Below are positions 31,346 to 41,632 of a stretch of DNA of 64,000 nucleotides, in pieces; the first letter of the stretch is position 1; each line of letters begins with the position of its first letter. The position numbers and the translations under genes are program-made. The stretch covers positions 448,001 through 512,000 of the forward strand of contig CBDDCA010000005.1 in NCBI GenBank assembly GCA_965226055.1, read 5' to 3'. This DNA is from Spirochaetia bacterium (lineage in GTDB: Bacteria; Spirochaetota; Spirochaetia; WTKD01; G963693115). The notes under the pieces were generated by a model that did not search any database, was not told the DNA's origin, and worked only from the letters and a program-made list of their open reading frames with translations.

Positions 31346-31891
31346 TTACGAAGAAATATCTTCTCCTGTATCTAAGGCATGTTTTGTTCCCCATCCACTG
31401 TTAATACATTGTTTTGCAACATTATTGTTTGGGTTGATAAGAATAGGCCCTAATAAATTACATGTTATGTGTTGTAAATCTTGTTGCAATGTTAATATAG
31501 AATATACTAGCACATGCTCTTTTTCATCTTTGATATGTAACACTTCAAAGTCGTACGATTGCAATGAAAGTGTATAATCTTTTCGTACATCAAAAGGATT
31601 TACAAGATAAAACAATAAATCATGTTCTTCTACTGAACGTAATACTGCAATGGGATTTTCTTTGTATTGTTCAAGAAAAAATTGTTTATACTGATCTAAG
31701 CCAATTAATCCATACGGAAAATCAATGTGAGTAACAGCTTCAATCTTTAGCTCCTCTTCATTCTGCTTTTCTGTAACAGCAGTAGATGTTTCTCTTTCTT
31801 TTACTGCTACAACTTCTCTTGTAGTAGTATCAACTGATGAATGAAAACTATTATTATTTTGTTCTCCTTGTAATGTTTGCATATAGCTCAT
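31346..31891 (-). CDS. fliW: Flagellar assembly factor FliW
   Basis: FPYGLIG, LVNPF, TCNLLGPILIN; downstream of flgL. Confidence 0.92.
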   Translation of the reverse strand: MSYMQTLQGEQNNNSFHSSVDTTTREVVAVKERETSTAVTEKQNEEELKIEAVTHIDFPYGLIGLDQYKQFFLEQYKENPIAVLRSVEEHDLLFYLVNPFDVRKDYTLSLQSYDFEVLHIKDEKEHVLVYSILTLQQDLQHITCNLLGPILINPNNNVAKQCINSGWGTKHALDTGEDISS

Positions 31892-31976
31892 ATATTCTCC
31901 TTTTCTTTATATATCAAAATATTTTTATTACTAATATGTTTTTTTCTCATTGTTGCATGTCCTTATTCATTAACAA

Positions 31977-33221
31977 TTATCGTAGATAATTTAATAATGA
32001 AGTATTCATAATCTGATTACTCACTGCAAAGGTAGCTTGCTGTACTTGTTGTAACTCTTTTAGGCGTACAATAATATCTGAAAAATCAATGGCTAACTCT
32101 TCATTTATTTGAGCACTAATGTTTATAGTATCGTTTCTATCCATTTTTTCAAATACAATGTCTAAACGTTCTGAAACAGCTCCTACTTTTGCAAGATTTT
32201 CAAGGGTTGATTCAAGCGCTCTGTCAATAGCTCCCAAAATCTTCCCTCCGACTAATTCATGATTACCATTAAAGAGTGCATCTCGCAACTCAATAATACT
32301 TGCAAATACAGTTTCTTCATACGAGCTTGCTGAAGGAGCTACATTATTAGGAGGGCTGTTATCGGTTGTTATCCCTATATCTTGTAAAAAAGTACCTGCA
32401 ACATCCTTAAGCCATAACTGTTCATTATTTGATCCTTCTATTACCAACTCTCCTGTAATGGGAGCACGTGATGCCCTAATCATAGCATCGGAATTATTTA
32501 TCTTTTCAATAATGCTATTTATAGTATCTCCTTGTGATAACGCTATTTCTTCGCCATTTGCATACATAACAGAATCTTCTTGCAAGATAAAATTACCCAC
32601 ATCTTGATTACTATATATACGCGGATTGCCTGTCCACATAAGTCTGCTTCCTGCCACTCCATTACTTATGGTATTGTTGTCTGATATTCTCACTTGTACA
32701 GCAGTATCAGAACCAAGATACTCGACCGATGAAATTAAAGCTCTTCCTTTATCGGTAATGTTGGTACGTAATGCGTAAAAAGGAGGACGTGATGTTTTTG
32801 TTCCTCCAAACATATAGTTTCCATCTGAATCTTGCTGATTTGCTGCCTGATATAACGCTTCTATAATTTCATTTACTTCGACTGCCATGTTATGCGTATC
32901 AAAATCGTCAAAGGTTCCATTTGCTCCTTGTACTGCTAACTCCCGAACACGTTGCAGCAAGGTAACCATTTGCTGCATAGTTCCTTCGCTTAACTGTAGA
33001 TCATCATATACACGGCGATTATGGGTAATAAATACTTTTGTACGTGTCAGCTGCGATTCATATCGACTTCCTAATGCGGCAGAAACAGGATCTTGTCGTA
33101 GTTTTTGAACTCTTTTCTGAGAATTTAACTGATTGTTATAGGTTATCGTTTCGCTTTTTTGATCATGGATGGCTGTACGTATGTTACTATGTGTTTGATA
33201 AAATCCTATTCTTCCTACCAT
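31977..33221 (-). CDS. flgL: Hook-associated protein 3 FlgL
   Basis: LQRVRELAVQGANGT, GNYMFGGT, SLLNYLR. Confidence 0.93.
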   Translation of the reverse strand: MVGRIGFYQTHSNIRTAIHDQKSETITYNNQLNSQKRVQKLRQDPVSAALGSRYESQLTRTKVFITHNRRVYDDLQLSEGTMQQMVTLLQRVRELAVQGANGTFDDFDTHNMAVEVNEIIEALYQAANQQDSDGNYMFGGTKTSRPPFYALRTNITDKGRALISSVEYLGSDTAVQVRISDNNTISNGVAGSRLMWTGNPRIYSNQDVGNFILQEDSVMYANGEEIALSQGDTINSIIEKINNSDAMIRASRAPITGELVIEGSNNEQLWLKDVAGTFLQDIGITTDNSPPNNVAPSASSYEETVFASIIELRDALFNGNHELVGGKILGAIDRALESTLENLAKVGAVSERLDIVFEKMDRNDTINISAQINEELAIDFSDIIVRLKELQQVQQATFAVSNQIMNTSLLNYLR

Positions 33222-33247
33222 ATTGTTACTCCTTATTTCATTTCATT

Positions 33248-35131
33248 TTAAATTGCTAATAACGCTTCATATATTCTATCAAGGTTAGATAAAAATTTTG
33301 CTACTCCTTGATATGCAGTTTGAAATTTTACAAGATTTTGTAGCTCCTCGTCTAAGTCAACTCCACTTACCTCACTTTGCCGTGCCTGTAAATCTTGTAA
33401 AATACGTGCTTGTGTTTTTGATAATACTTCTGCTTCTTGTCCTTTTGCTCCTATGAGGGCTATACTATGTGAAAAGAAATTATCGTAAGACTCTACATTA
33501 CTAAGCCCTAGCTGTTTTGTACGTAATGCTGCAATGTCAAGTGCTGCTCTATTATCACCACTATCCAGCTGATCATTGATATTAGGGTATGCTGTAGCTA
33601 CACGCCTCACATCATTTGCAATGGCTGGATTTAGCTCTAAAGAGCTTGCTGGATTAAGAAAAGGAGCTACCGAAACATTATCAGGACTTTGTAACGCATC
33701 AACTGCATTTGCAGTTTGCCAACTAAATGATCCTGCTGCCCCTGATTGTAATAGCATCCCAGAATACCCTACTAAAAACTGCCCACTATCTTCTAAATAA
33801 CGAATTACAAAATCAACATTTGCCTTATCATTTGCAGCGGTAGCTTCAAAGCTTAGCTGTCCTTGTGTATTGAGTGACGCTACTACTTCGGCTCCACTTG
33901 TATTGATGCGAGTAATAATATCTTCCACTGTGTCAGTGCCATTATATGGGATCTGTATAGTACTTTCTCCTTCTCTGCCTGATACAGTTAAAACACCAGA
34001 AAAACCAACTTGCTGATTTAATGCTAGTGTATTAGTACCCACAACACTGTAAATACGTGATTGATCAAATGTACCGTCTAAATCAACATCATAGTTTCCT
34101 AGTGCATTAAGAACAGTAGGTCTTTCAGTAAAAAAATTCAATCCTGTTTCATTTGTTAAACTTATTCCTTGTCTATGAATTTCATTTGTATTATGAATTA
34201 AAGAAATAGCAAATGTATTAAGAGTTTGTATTTCTTGGCGAACATCATCATCGCGTAATTGTAGCAAAGCAGAGAGTTTTCCTCCACTTCTATCGACTAA
34301 GTCGCCACTGTCTTGCCAGTACACTTGATACTCTACCCCTGTACCTATCCCTGTGGTATTTTCACTAAAGGAAAAAGAACGTGCTTTTTTTCCTTGCACC
34401 AATATTTTGCCGTTTGTGTGTACCATAAACTCATCAGAATCTTTATTGCTTGTTGTTATATTTACTAAGCCCCCTAATTCTTGTAAAAACATATCTCGCC
34501 TATCAAGAAGATCATTTGGCTCTATTTGAAGAGATCTTGCTTGTTGGATAGAAGAGTTAAGCGTTGCTATTTCTTTTGCAAGCTCATTTATTTTTGATAC
34601 AGTAAAGTCTATTTCAACATGCAATGCATCTTGTACTGCATCAAGTTGTTGTGACCGTTCACGTATCATAGCGGTAAGAGTTTGTGTTCTTTCTACTAAT
34701 TGTAAACGCACTGACATTTCCTGAGGATAGAGAGATAATTCTTCCCACGATGACCAGTATCTATCAAACGCTCCACGCAAAGAACTGTTATTGTCTACCT
34801 CATTTTGAATATCTTCAAGTCTTCCTATATACTTACTGCGTGTATCCCAAAACCCTTGTTTATGACTTTGTGCTATAATTTGTTCTTCTATCTGTAAATC
34901 TTTCTGACGACGTATTGACTGTATATTTACCCCTTGCCCTATTTGCCCTGCAAGCTCTGCTCGAGTTGCTCCAGGCATATACCGTGGCACTTCACTTGCA
35001 AGCGTTACTCGTTGACGAGAGTAACCTGGAGTATTAATATTACTAAGATTATGTCCTGTTGTTCTTAATTGCTGGGCATGAGCTAAAATCCCACGTCTTG
35101 CAATTTCCACTCCGCTAAATGTAGATTGCAT
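33248..35131 (-). CDS. flgK: Hook-associated protein 1 FlgK
   Basis: GHNLSNINTPGYSRQR, NDLLDRRD, SGVDLDEE. Confidence 0.96.
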   Translation of the reverse strand: MQSTFSGVEIARRGILAHAQQLRTTGHNLSNINTPGYSRQRVTLASEVPRYMPGATRAELAGQIGQGVNIQSIRRQKDLQIEEQIIAQSHKQGFWDTRSKYIGRLEDIQNEVDNNSSLRGAFDRYWSSWEELSLYPQEMSVRLQLVERTQTLTAMIRERSQQLDAVQDALHVEIDFTVSKINELAKEIATLNSSIQQARSLQIEPNDLLDRRDMFLQELGGLVNITTSNKDSDEFMVHTNGKILVQGKKARSFSFSENTTGIGTGVEYQVYWQDSGDLVDRSGGKLSALLQLRDDDVRQEIQTLNTFAISLIHNTNEIHRQGISLTNETGLNFFTERPTVLNALGNYDVDLDGTFDQSRIYSVVGTNTLALNQQVGFSGVLTVSGREGESTIQIPYNGTDTVEDIITRINTSGAEVVASLNTQGQLSFEATAANDKANVDFVIRYLEDSGQFLVGYSGMLLQSGAAGSFSWQTANAVDALQSPDNVSVAPFLNPASSLELNPAIANDVRRVATAYPNINDQLDSGDNRAALDIAALRTKQLGLSNVESYDNFFSHSIALIGAKGQEAEVLSKTQARILQDLQARQSEVSGVDLDEELQNLVKFQTAYQGVAKFLSNLDRIYEALLAI

Positions 35132-35146
35132 AATCTCCTCCTTGAG

Positions 35147-35662
35147 TTAAGCATTTTTACACACCAATAAACCACTAGTATCACCATTCTTTTTATCTTG
35201 TACATGATACTTTTTGTTCGTATATAATTCTTCATATACTCTATCAAAAAAATCTCGATACTCTGTAATTTTATGTTCATAGTATGTTTCTATCCCAGAA
35301 GCAATACTTTTGATTTCTTCATACAAATGAATACATTTTTGGGCAATAGCAACAATATCAATGCTACACTGTATTCCTACTCTTTTTGATATATCAGTAA
35401 TAGACATTACTGAATTTTCTATAGAGACAGTGTCATCACTATTTTGCAATAAAGATTCACTTATTTTTTTCTGAGTTGCATGTAACTGTTGCCGAGCATG
35501 AGCAATATGCTCACTACACATACTACTCTGTAGAGACTTGGTTATATCTTCTCCTGCTATCATAGAAGAAAATAATATACTATACTCTTTTTTCGATTTT
35601 TTTAATGTATCATAAAGAAGCTGAAGTTCTTGCTCAAATTTTTGTAAAAGTATTACATACAT
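35147..35662 (-). CDS. Hypothetical protein, FlgN-like by position
   Basis: Helical 171-aa ORF directly upstream of flgK; sigma28-like -10 TCCGATAA 7 nt before the ATG. Confidence 0.55.
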   Translation of the reverse strand: MYVILLQKFEQELQLLYDTLKKSKKEYSILFSSMIAGEDITKSLQSSMCSEHIAHARQQLHATQKKISESLLQNSDDTVSIENSVMSITDISKRVGIQCSIDIVAIAQKCIHLYEEIKSIASGIETYYEHKITEYRDFFDRVYEELYTNKKYHVQDKKNGDTSGLLVCKNA

Positions 35663-35728
35663 ACTCTCTTTATCGGAAAGAGAGAAAATAACAATAGTTT
35701 TTTTTATATATTACAATGAATAATGTAT

Positions 35729-36139
35729 CTATAAAAGTAGGAGTGTAGGAAAAATTGCATGTAATATACCGAATACAAGCATAAGTAGTCCAATAATAGC
35801 TATATTTGTTTTAATAAATTCTTGAATCCACTTAAAAAACTTATTTTGCCCTTTATATTCCATGTTTGCTTTACTGGATATCAGTGCTATCCCCCCAATA
35901 ATAGACAAGAATGCAGGAATGATGTCTCCAACAACAGGAGTATCAAGAGGTTTAATAATTGAAATAATACCAAAAATAAGAGTAATACTCCCTATAATAA
36001 GCCCGAGCGGCTTATGCGAAATAAATTTTTCAGTTACAATCTTATCTAGTTTAATAAACGCACCAAAGCGTTCATACGATAAAAATACTCCGCATAATAG
36101 TAAAAATACTGTTGAAAAAAAGAAAATTTGATAATCCAT
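35729..36139 (-). CDS. Hypothetical 4-TM membrane protein
   Basis: Four hydrophobic segments; SD GAGGT. Confidence 0.7.
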   Translation of the reverse strand: MDYQIFFFSTVFLLLCGVFLSYERFGAFIKLDKIVTEKFISHKPLGLIIGSITLIFGIISIIKPLDTPVVGDIIPAFLSIIGGIALISSKANMEYKGQNKFFKWIQEFIKTNIAIIGLLMLVFGILHAIFPTLLLL

Positions 36140-36223
36140 ATTGTTACCTCAATCTAATTACTGATTTTATTCTTTATTGTAGTATATTATTATAAATAAT
36201 ACAAGTAGAGTATCACTATTTTT

Positions 36224-36548
36224 TGTACTTTTACCATCTCATGTACCCCCCAAAATCCATGATAGCAGTTATACTATAATAGAAATAACAAGAAAAATAA
36301 AAAAAGGAGGAGAGTAAATGACATACTCTAAACTCTATAATACAAGAAATCAACCAGAACTGCATAGCATGCGATTAGCTATAGCACTCTCTGCAAAAAA
36401 ACACGGAATAAAAAGCACTGCTCGTACATTTCATGTATCTCGTAATACAGTACGAAAATGGTTTCAAAGATACAAAGAGAATCCTACAGCTATGTTCTAT
36501 GATAGACGTCCAACTTCAGTAAATAGTAAAACTCCAAATCACAGCTAA
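36224..36548 (+). mobile_element. IS remnant: putative left end plus truncated HTH transposase ORF (36318..36548), IS481/IS3-like
   Basis: Begins TGT; SD AGGAGG; HTH GIKSTARTFHVSRNTVRKWFQRY; no DDE domain follows. Confidence 0.65.
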
Positions 36549-36557
36549 TAGTTGGAG

Positions 36558-36586
36558 TTGACATGTGTAACCATCTGTATTACAAT
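36558..36586 (+). promoter_or_regulatory. Sigma70 promoter of infC
   Basis: TTGACA, 17 nt, TACAAT. Confidence 0.85.
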
Positions 36587-36592
36587 ATGAGT

Positions 36593-36619
36593 ATGTTTAG
36601 GAGAAATTTTTTCGTTTGA
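36593..36619 (+). other. Putative leaderless uORF MFRRNFFV whose stop overlaps the infC TTG start
   Basis: ATG 6 nt after the -10 box; TGA 36617-36619 overlaps TTG 36616-36618. Confidence 0.5.
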
Positions 36620-37173
36620 AGCATCAAAAGACACGAATTAATTCCGATATACGATCGGACACTGTTTTACTAATTGAAGAAAATGGTGCTTCCCTTGGGG
36701 TTATCCCTATTGAACAAGCATTATCCATTGCAAGAGATAGACAACTAGATTTAGTAGAGGTTGCTAAAAATGCAAACCCTCCCGTCTGTAAAGTACTTGA
36801 TTTCGGTAAATATAAATACGAGCTCAATAAAAGACAAAAAACAATCAATAAAAACAAGAAAAAACAGACACAAAAAGAAATTCGTATGCAGCCTAAAATA
36901 AGCGATCATGATCTTAATTTCAAGGTACGTCATATTGATCAGTTTCTTAATGAAGGAAACAAAGTAAAAGTAGCTATTCGCTTTCGAGGACGTGAATTAG
37001 CATACACTCAAATTGGAAATGGTATACTCAATCAAATTAGAGAAATGCTAACCTGTACTTTTGTTACTGATAAAGAACCCTCTATGGAAGGAAATTTTAT
37101 GACTATGCTACTATCCCCTAGTAGCAAATCAGGAAACAAACAAGCTACACAAAGTACTGATAGCAATAAATAA
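36616..37173 (+). CDS. infC: Translation initiation factor IF-3
   Basis: RINSDIR, LDLVEVA..PPVCKVLDFGKYKYE, KVKVAIRFRGRE; TTG start. Confidence 0.96.
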   Translation: MKHQKTRINSDIRSDTVLLIEENGASLGVIPIEQALSIARDRQLDLVEVAKNANPPVCKVLDFGKYKYELNKRQKTINKNKKKQTQKEIRMQPKISDHDLNFKVRHIDQFLNEGNKVKVAIRFRGRELAYTQIGNGILNQIREMLTCTFVTDKEPSMEGNFMTMLLSPSSKSGNKQATQSTDSNK

Positions 37174-37197
37174 CAGTATTTATTACTATCGTATATA

Positions 37198-38502
37198 TTA
37201 ATCGGTCCCTAAGGAAAAAAAGTTCCTAAGAGATTTACCCATCTTACTTATCCATGTCCATTTACTTGATTGTCTTTCTCTATTTTTAGAAAAAGACTTT
37301 TCTGAAATAGGAAAATATCCTTCTCTGTTTGCTTTATTTTGATAATAGCGTTGAAACCCATTTACACATAAACCAATAGCTACTCCATAGTTAGGACTAC
37401 GATATGTCTGAATTGGTCCTCCCCAATTACTTGGCTGAGCAAGACGTACCCTAGTGTGCATACGCAACTCTACTAATGAAGTAATGCCTCGCAAACGAGC
37501 TCCTCCTCCTGTAATAACTACTGGATATGCTTCTATTTTCTCTTTTAATTGTAACATTTGATATGCAAGCACAAATATATCTAGCATCCTTGCATAAGAA
37601 ATTCGATATATCAGTTCTGTATCAATCAACTTTGATGCTCCATCTTCAGTTCGTACTTCTTCATGATTGTTTAGTTCAGACAGATACATACGATCTAAAC
37701 AGGAATAATTTTGCACTATTTGCCTTGCTAAAGTCATACTTATGTTTAGCTCATTTTGTATATCTTTACTAATATCATCAATACCGTAGGGTACGACTAT
37801 CACTGCTTTAGGACTACCATGTTCATACCATGCTGCAGAGACACTTTGTGCTCCAATATCAAATAATACCACCCCTTGCTCTTTTTCATCTTCAGTTAGC
37901 ATATGTTCACTTGCAGCAAGTGACGCAACACAGAGAGAATCTAAATTAAGAGTAAGGGTATTTATACATCGTTTATACTTATTGATTTCTTCTATAGCAG
38001 TGCTTATGAGTAACAGCTCAGCTTCTACACTTGTGCCTATACACCCTATAGGATTTCGTTGTACATAACGACCATCTACTGTATACTGACGCAATATTGC
38101 ATCAATGTACTCGCGACCGTCTTCAATAGAGGCATTGCTTGCCATCAAACGTGCAGTAAGCAAGTCTTTATCGTTTACTTCTCTTTTTCTTCTGCTAAAA
38201 GGATTCTTTACTCTGTTGATTTTTGATTGAATAAATCTATTCTTCATGGCAAAAGTAGTAAATACATATTGATCATCTAATGAAGATATATGAGAACGTA
38301 TAGTTTCATTTAACACAGATGCCAGTTTATCAGCATCTACTATAGATCCTTTCTCTACTAATCCTTGTGTAAAACAGGAAAAAGACTCCAAAATTTCTAG
38401 GGTTTGTGCCTCTAAAGATTGTATTCGAGAAAGAACTATTTTTGTTTCAAAACTTCCTATATCAACACCAAGAAAATACTCATAGCTTTGCATTTTAGCC
38501 AT
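37198..38502 (-). CDS. ftsA: Cell division protein FtsA (divergent)
   Basis: GVDIGS, LTEDEKEQGVVLFDIG, VVITGGGARLRG, C-terminal amphipathic helix. Confidence 0.9.
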   Translation of the reverse strand: MAKMQSYEYFLGVDIGSFETKIVLSRIQSLEAQTLEILESFSCFTQGLVEKGSIVDADKLASVLNETIRSHISSLDDQYVFTTFAMKNRFIQSKINRVKNPFSRRKREVNDKDLLTARLMASNASIEDGREYIDAILRQYTVDGRYVQRNPIGCIGTSVEAELLLISTAIEEINKYKRCINTLTLNLDSLCVASLAASEHMLTEDEKEQGVVLFDIGAQSVSAAWYEHGSPKAVIVVPYGIDDISKDIQNELNISMTLARQIVQNYSCLDRMYLSELNNHEEVRTEDGASKLIDTELIYRISYARMLDIFVLAYQMLQLKEKIEAYPVVITGGGARLRGITSLVELRMHTRVRLAQPSNWGGPIQTYRSPNYGVAIGLCVNGFQRYYQNKANREGYFPISEKSFSKNRERQSSKWTWISKMGKSLRNFFSLGTD

Positions 38503-39262
38503 CTTTTTCCAATCTCCCTACTATACTCCCTTCAATTATTTCAAAAGAGATAAATCGCTGTACTTTCGCTATATTTGCTACTTTGCTTAAAAAATAATAC
38601 ATTTTTCTCAACATATCTGCATCAAAGTGTAGATCACTTGTAATATATTGGGCATAATCAGTAAAATGAATATCAACTAATGTAAGAGTATCTTCTCGTT
38701 TGATAGCAAACTCAGATACTTTTGTAAACAACGATGGATTATCTTTTTTTATTATATCAATTTGCTGTATAAATGATAAAAGCCATGAAGGGAGTACTAC
38801 CCCTGGCGTAGGATTTTTAATAACGACTCCCGAAAGGATAGGAACATCTACTATGCCATTTTGCACCCCTACCTGAATACACTTCCCTTCCCTATCAAAA
38901 TAGGAAGGGGTTGTTTTGTTGTCAACAGTAGCTAAGATACTCACAATAGGCCTTGCACGCGTGAGAGTAATAACTAATGTTGAAAATAGCGTTTTCTTTA
39001 CTTTTGCAGTATAAATAAGCGGGCTTGCTTCTAATGCGAGTACTATATTTTTCTTATTTATATCTATATATTTCTGTGGTAATTGTAAGTCAGTAATGTT
39101 TTGTATATCTTCTGTGGATAACTCTATATCTCCTTCTACATACATTTTAGTAATTTTTTGATTATATATATATACTAACAATAGTATACTGAGAACAACA
39201 ATAATACAAAGTAGTACTACAAATCGTTTTGCTATCGGATATTTTTTCTGTATATGTGTCAT
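38495..39262 (-). CDS. ftsQ: Cell division protein FtsQ/DivIB
   Basis: N-terminal TM plus POTRA-like segment; lies between ftsW and ftsA. Confidence 0.8.
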   Translation of the reverse strand: MTHIQKKYPIAKRFVVLLCIIVVLSILLLVYIYNQKITKMYVEGDIELSTEDIQNITDLQLPQKYIDINKKNIVLALEASPLIYTAKVKKTLFSTLVITLTRARPIVSILATVDNKTTPSYFDREGKCIQVGVQNGIVDVPILSGVVIKNPTPGVVLPSWLLSFIQQIDIIKKDNPSLFTKVSEFAIKREDTLTLVDIHFTDYAQYITSDLHFDADMLRKMYYFLSKVANIAKVQRFISFEIIEGSIVGRLEKDG

Positions 39263-40509
39263 AGCGCTGTATTCTCCTGTAAAGTACTAGTACTGCTATC
39301 TGCTATTTTTGCTGCTTTCAGTAAAAAAGCATAGGTTACAAGGGTAGTGATTAACGAAGTTCCTCCCGAAGAAAAGAAAGGCAGATTAAGTCCTGCAGTG
39401 GGCACAAATCCTAATACTACCATTATATGACCTAATGCTGATATCACAAGATTAAAAAGACATCCTATACTTACATAATAATAGAATTTATTACACTCAA
39501 AAAGTATATTACATATCTTTAAGCAATAATAGCACAACATTAAATAGAGACCAATGACAATACCTACTCCTAAAATACCAAACTCATGTAATATGATTGA
39601 AAATACAAAATCATTATTAAAGTAAGGCAATATCAAAACATCTAACATGGAACTTCCTAAGCCATTCCCTAAAATACCTCCTTTGCGAATTAAGTCATAC
39701 GATTGCTCTACTTGAAAATTTATACCTTGTGCATCAGAATTAGGATTGAAATAGGAAAAAATGCGTAATGATCTAGTTTTATCATTAAAAACAAGAAAAA
39801 TGAACAATATAATAATACCTAAAAGTATCGATACCTTCCATCGTTTATGAATATCAGAAACAAATATGAGAGCTGATACTATTGAAAAAAATATGAGCAA
39901 AGAGGAAAAGTCTCCTTGTAAATAGAGTCCTCCCCCATACATCACTATTGCATACATAAACAGCAAAAATAGCTTTCTTGTACTACGACTTCGTTGTATT
40001 GTATCCATAGTGTGTACAATAGTATTGTATTGTGAAAGTAAATATGCCATATACAGAATAAGCACTATGCGTACAAAATCACCAGTTTGAATTGATACTC
40101 CCGCAACACGTATCCATCGTTTTACTCCATTTATTTCAGGAGCAAAAAAATAGGTATACACCATAGCAAGCAATGCCACCACTGACACAAAAGGAATGCT
40201 GTTTTTTATCTTTTTTGTAGATATCTTTTGTATCCATATAAGCCCTATAATGCCAAGAATTGCTGCAATAAGCTGTTTTGAAAATAAAGTCAATATGCCT
40301 ACTGTTGGATAATCATATGCTCCTCCAACATTTCTTCCATTTTGAATAGAAAAACTATACGAAACAGAAAATGATAATGCAAGCCCTACTCCAAGAAATA
40401 TAATAAGCATGAGTTGAAATTTTTGTGCGTATATTCCATTTTGTATCGACATCATACTGTTGTCTTGCTGTGAAGAATAATGCTGTACTTTATTATCGTT
40501 ATATATCAT
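39259..40509 (-). CDS. ftsW: SEDS protein FtsW
   Basis: INGVKRWI, NDFVFSIILHEFG, GLNLPFFSSGGTS. Confidence 0.92.
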   Translation of the reverse strand: MIYNDNKVQHYSSQQDNSMMSIQNGIYAQKFQLMLIIFLGVGLALSFSVSYSFSIQNGRNVGGAYDYPTVGILTLFSKQLIAAILGIIGLIWIQKISTKKIKNSIPFVSVVALLAMVYTYFFAPEINGVKRWIRVAGVSIQTGDFVRIVLILYMAYLLSQYNTIVHTMDTIQRSRSTRKLFLLFMYAIVMYGGGLYLQGDFSSLLIFFSIVSALIFVSDIHKRWKVSILLGIIILFIFLVFNDKTRSLRIFSYFNPNSDAQGINFQVEQSYDLIRKGGILGNGLGSSMLDVLILPYFNNDFVFSIILHEFGILGVGIVIGLYLMLCYYCLKICNILFECNKFYYYVSIGCLFNLVISALGHIMVVLGFVPTAGLNLPFFSSGGTSLITTLVTYAFLLKAAKIADSSTSTLQENTAL

Positions 40510-40527
40510 AGTTGCCTTATATGGTAT

Positions 40528-41607
40528 TTACCGTATTTTGAGTGTTGATAATGCTATTATTAAAAAAATTGTTCCTAATATCCAAAAGCGTACTACTATT
40601 TTACTTTCAGACCAACCACTAAGTTCAAAATGATGATGAAGTGGAGCCATCTTAAACACTCGTTTTTTTCTCAGTTTATAGCTTAGCACTTGTATTATGA
40701 CCGAAGTTGTTTCAATGACAAGCACCCCACCAAGTAATAATAATAATAATTCTTGTTTGATCACAATTACAATCAGACTTATGAGTCCTCCTAATACTAA
40801 ACTTCCTGTATCTCCCATAATAATAGATGCAGGATATGCATTATGCCATAAAAACCCTAGCATTGCTCCAATGATAGCGAGACTTACGATAGTAAATTCA
40901 CCAGCATGCTCTACAAAATGAACTTGCAAATATTCGGAATAATCTACACGCCCTATCACATAAGAAAGCACTGCTAATCCAACTGTTATAAATATGACTA
41001 CCCCTGCAGCTAACCCGTCCAATCCATCAGTAATATTAACCGAATTACTTGTACTAATAATTATCAAGACTACAAAAGGAATATAGAAATACCCTATATT
41101 TACATATATGTCCTTAAAGAAAGGAAAATAAACATAGCTGTTTTCTTTTCCACTCACTAACAACAGTACTATTGCTGTTACTATCCCTATACATATTTGT
41201 CCTACCAGTTTTGTTATTGCTTGTAGCCCTCTTTTTTTTGTTACTGTTAGCTTAAGATAATCATCAATGAACCCAAGTATGCCAAAACAGACAAGAACAA
41301 ACAAAGTAAGCCATGTATAAGGCAACGCAACATCCATCCATAAAAGAACACTCATACCTATTGCAATATTAATTGCTACTCCTCCCAAAGTGGGAGTACC
41401 TTTTTTCTTTTTATGTGTTTCAGGGCCATCACTTCGAATTACCTCACCAAAATGATATTTTCTTTGTAAAGAAATAAGAAAACGAGACAATACTGTACAC
41501 AATATAAATGCAGTAATGGCTGCATACGCAGAACGGAATGTTATATATTGAAATATATTAAAAAAAGAAACATTTTCAAATAAAGGAAACAATAATATTT
41601 TTATCAA
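40528..41607 (-). CDS. mraY: Phospho-MurNAc-pentapeptide transferase
   Basis: KKGTPTLGG, GFIDD, NITDGLDGL, MGDTGS, MAPLHHHFEL; TTG start. Confidence 0.97.
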   Translation of the reverse strand: MIKILLFPLFENVSFFNIFQYITFRSAYAAITAFILCTVLSRFLISLQRKYHFGEVIRSDGPETHKKKKGTPTLGGVAINIAIGMSVLLWMDVALPYTWLTLFVLVCFGILGFIDDYLKLTVTKKRGLQAITKLVGQICIGIVTAIVLLLVSGKENSYVYFPFFKDIYVNIGYFYIPFVVLIIISTSNSVNITDGLDGLAAGVVIFITVGLAVLSYVIGRVDYSEYLQVHFVEHAGEFTIVSLAIIGAMLGFLWHNAYPASIIMGDTGSLVLGGLISLIVIVIKQELLLLLLGGVLVIETTSVIIQVLSYKLRKKRVFKMAPLHHHFELSGWSESKIVVRFWILGTIFLIIALSTLKIR

Positions 41608-41632
41608 AATAACTCCTTAATATGCTACACAG

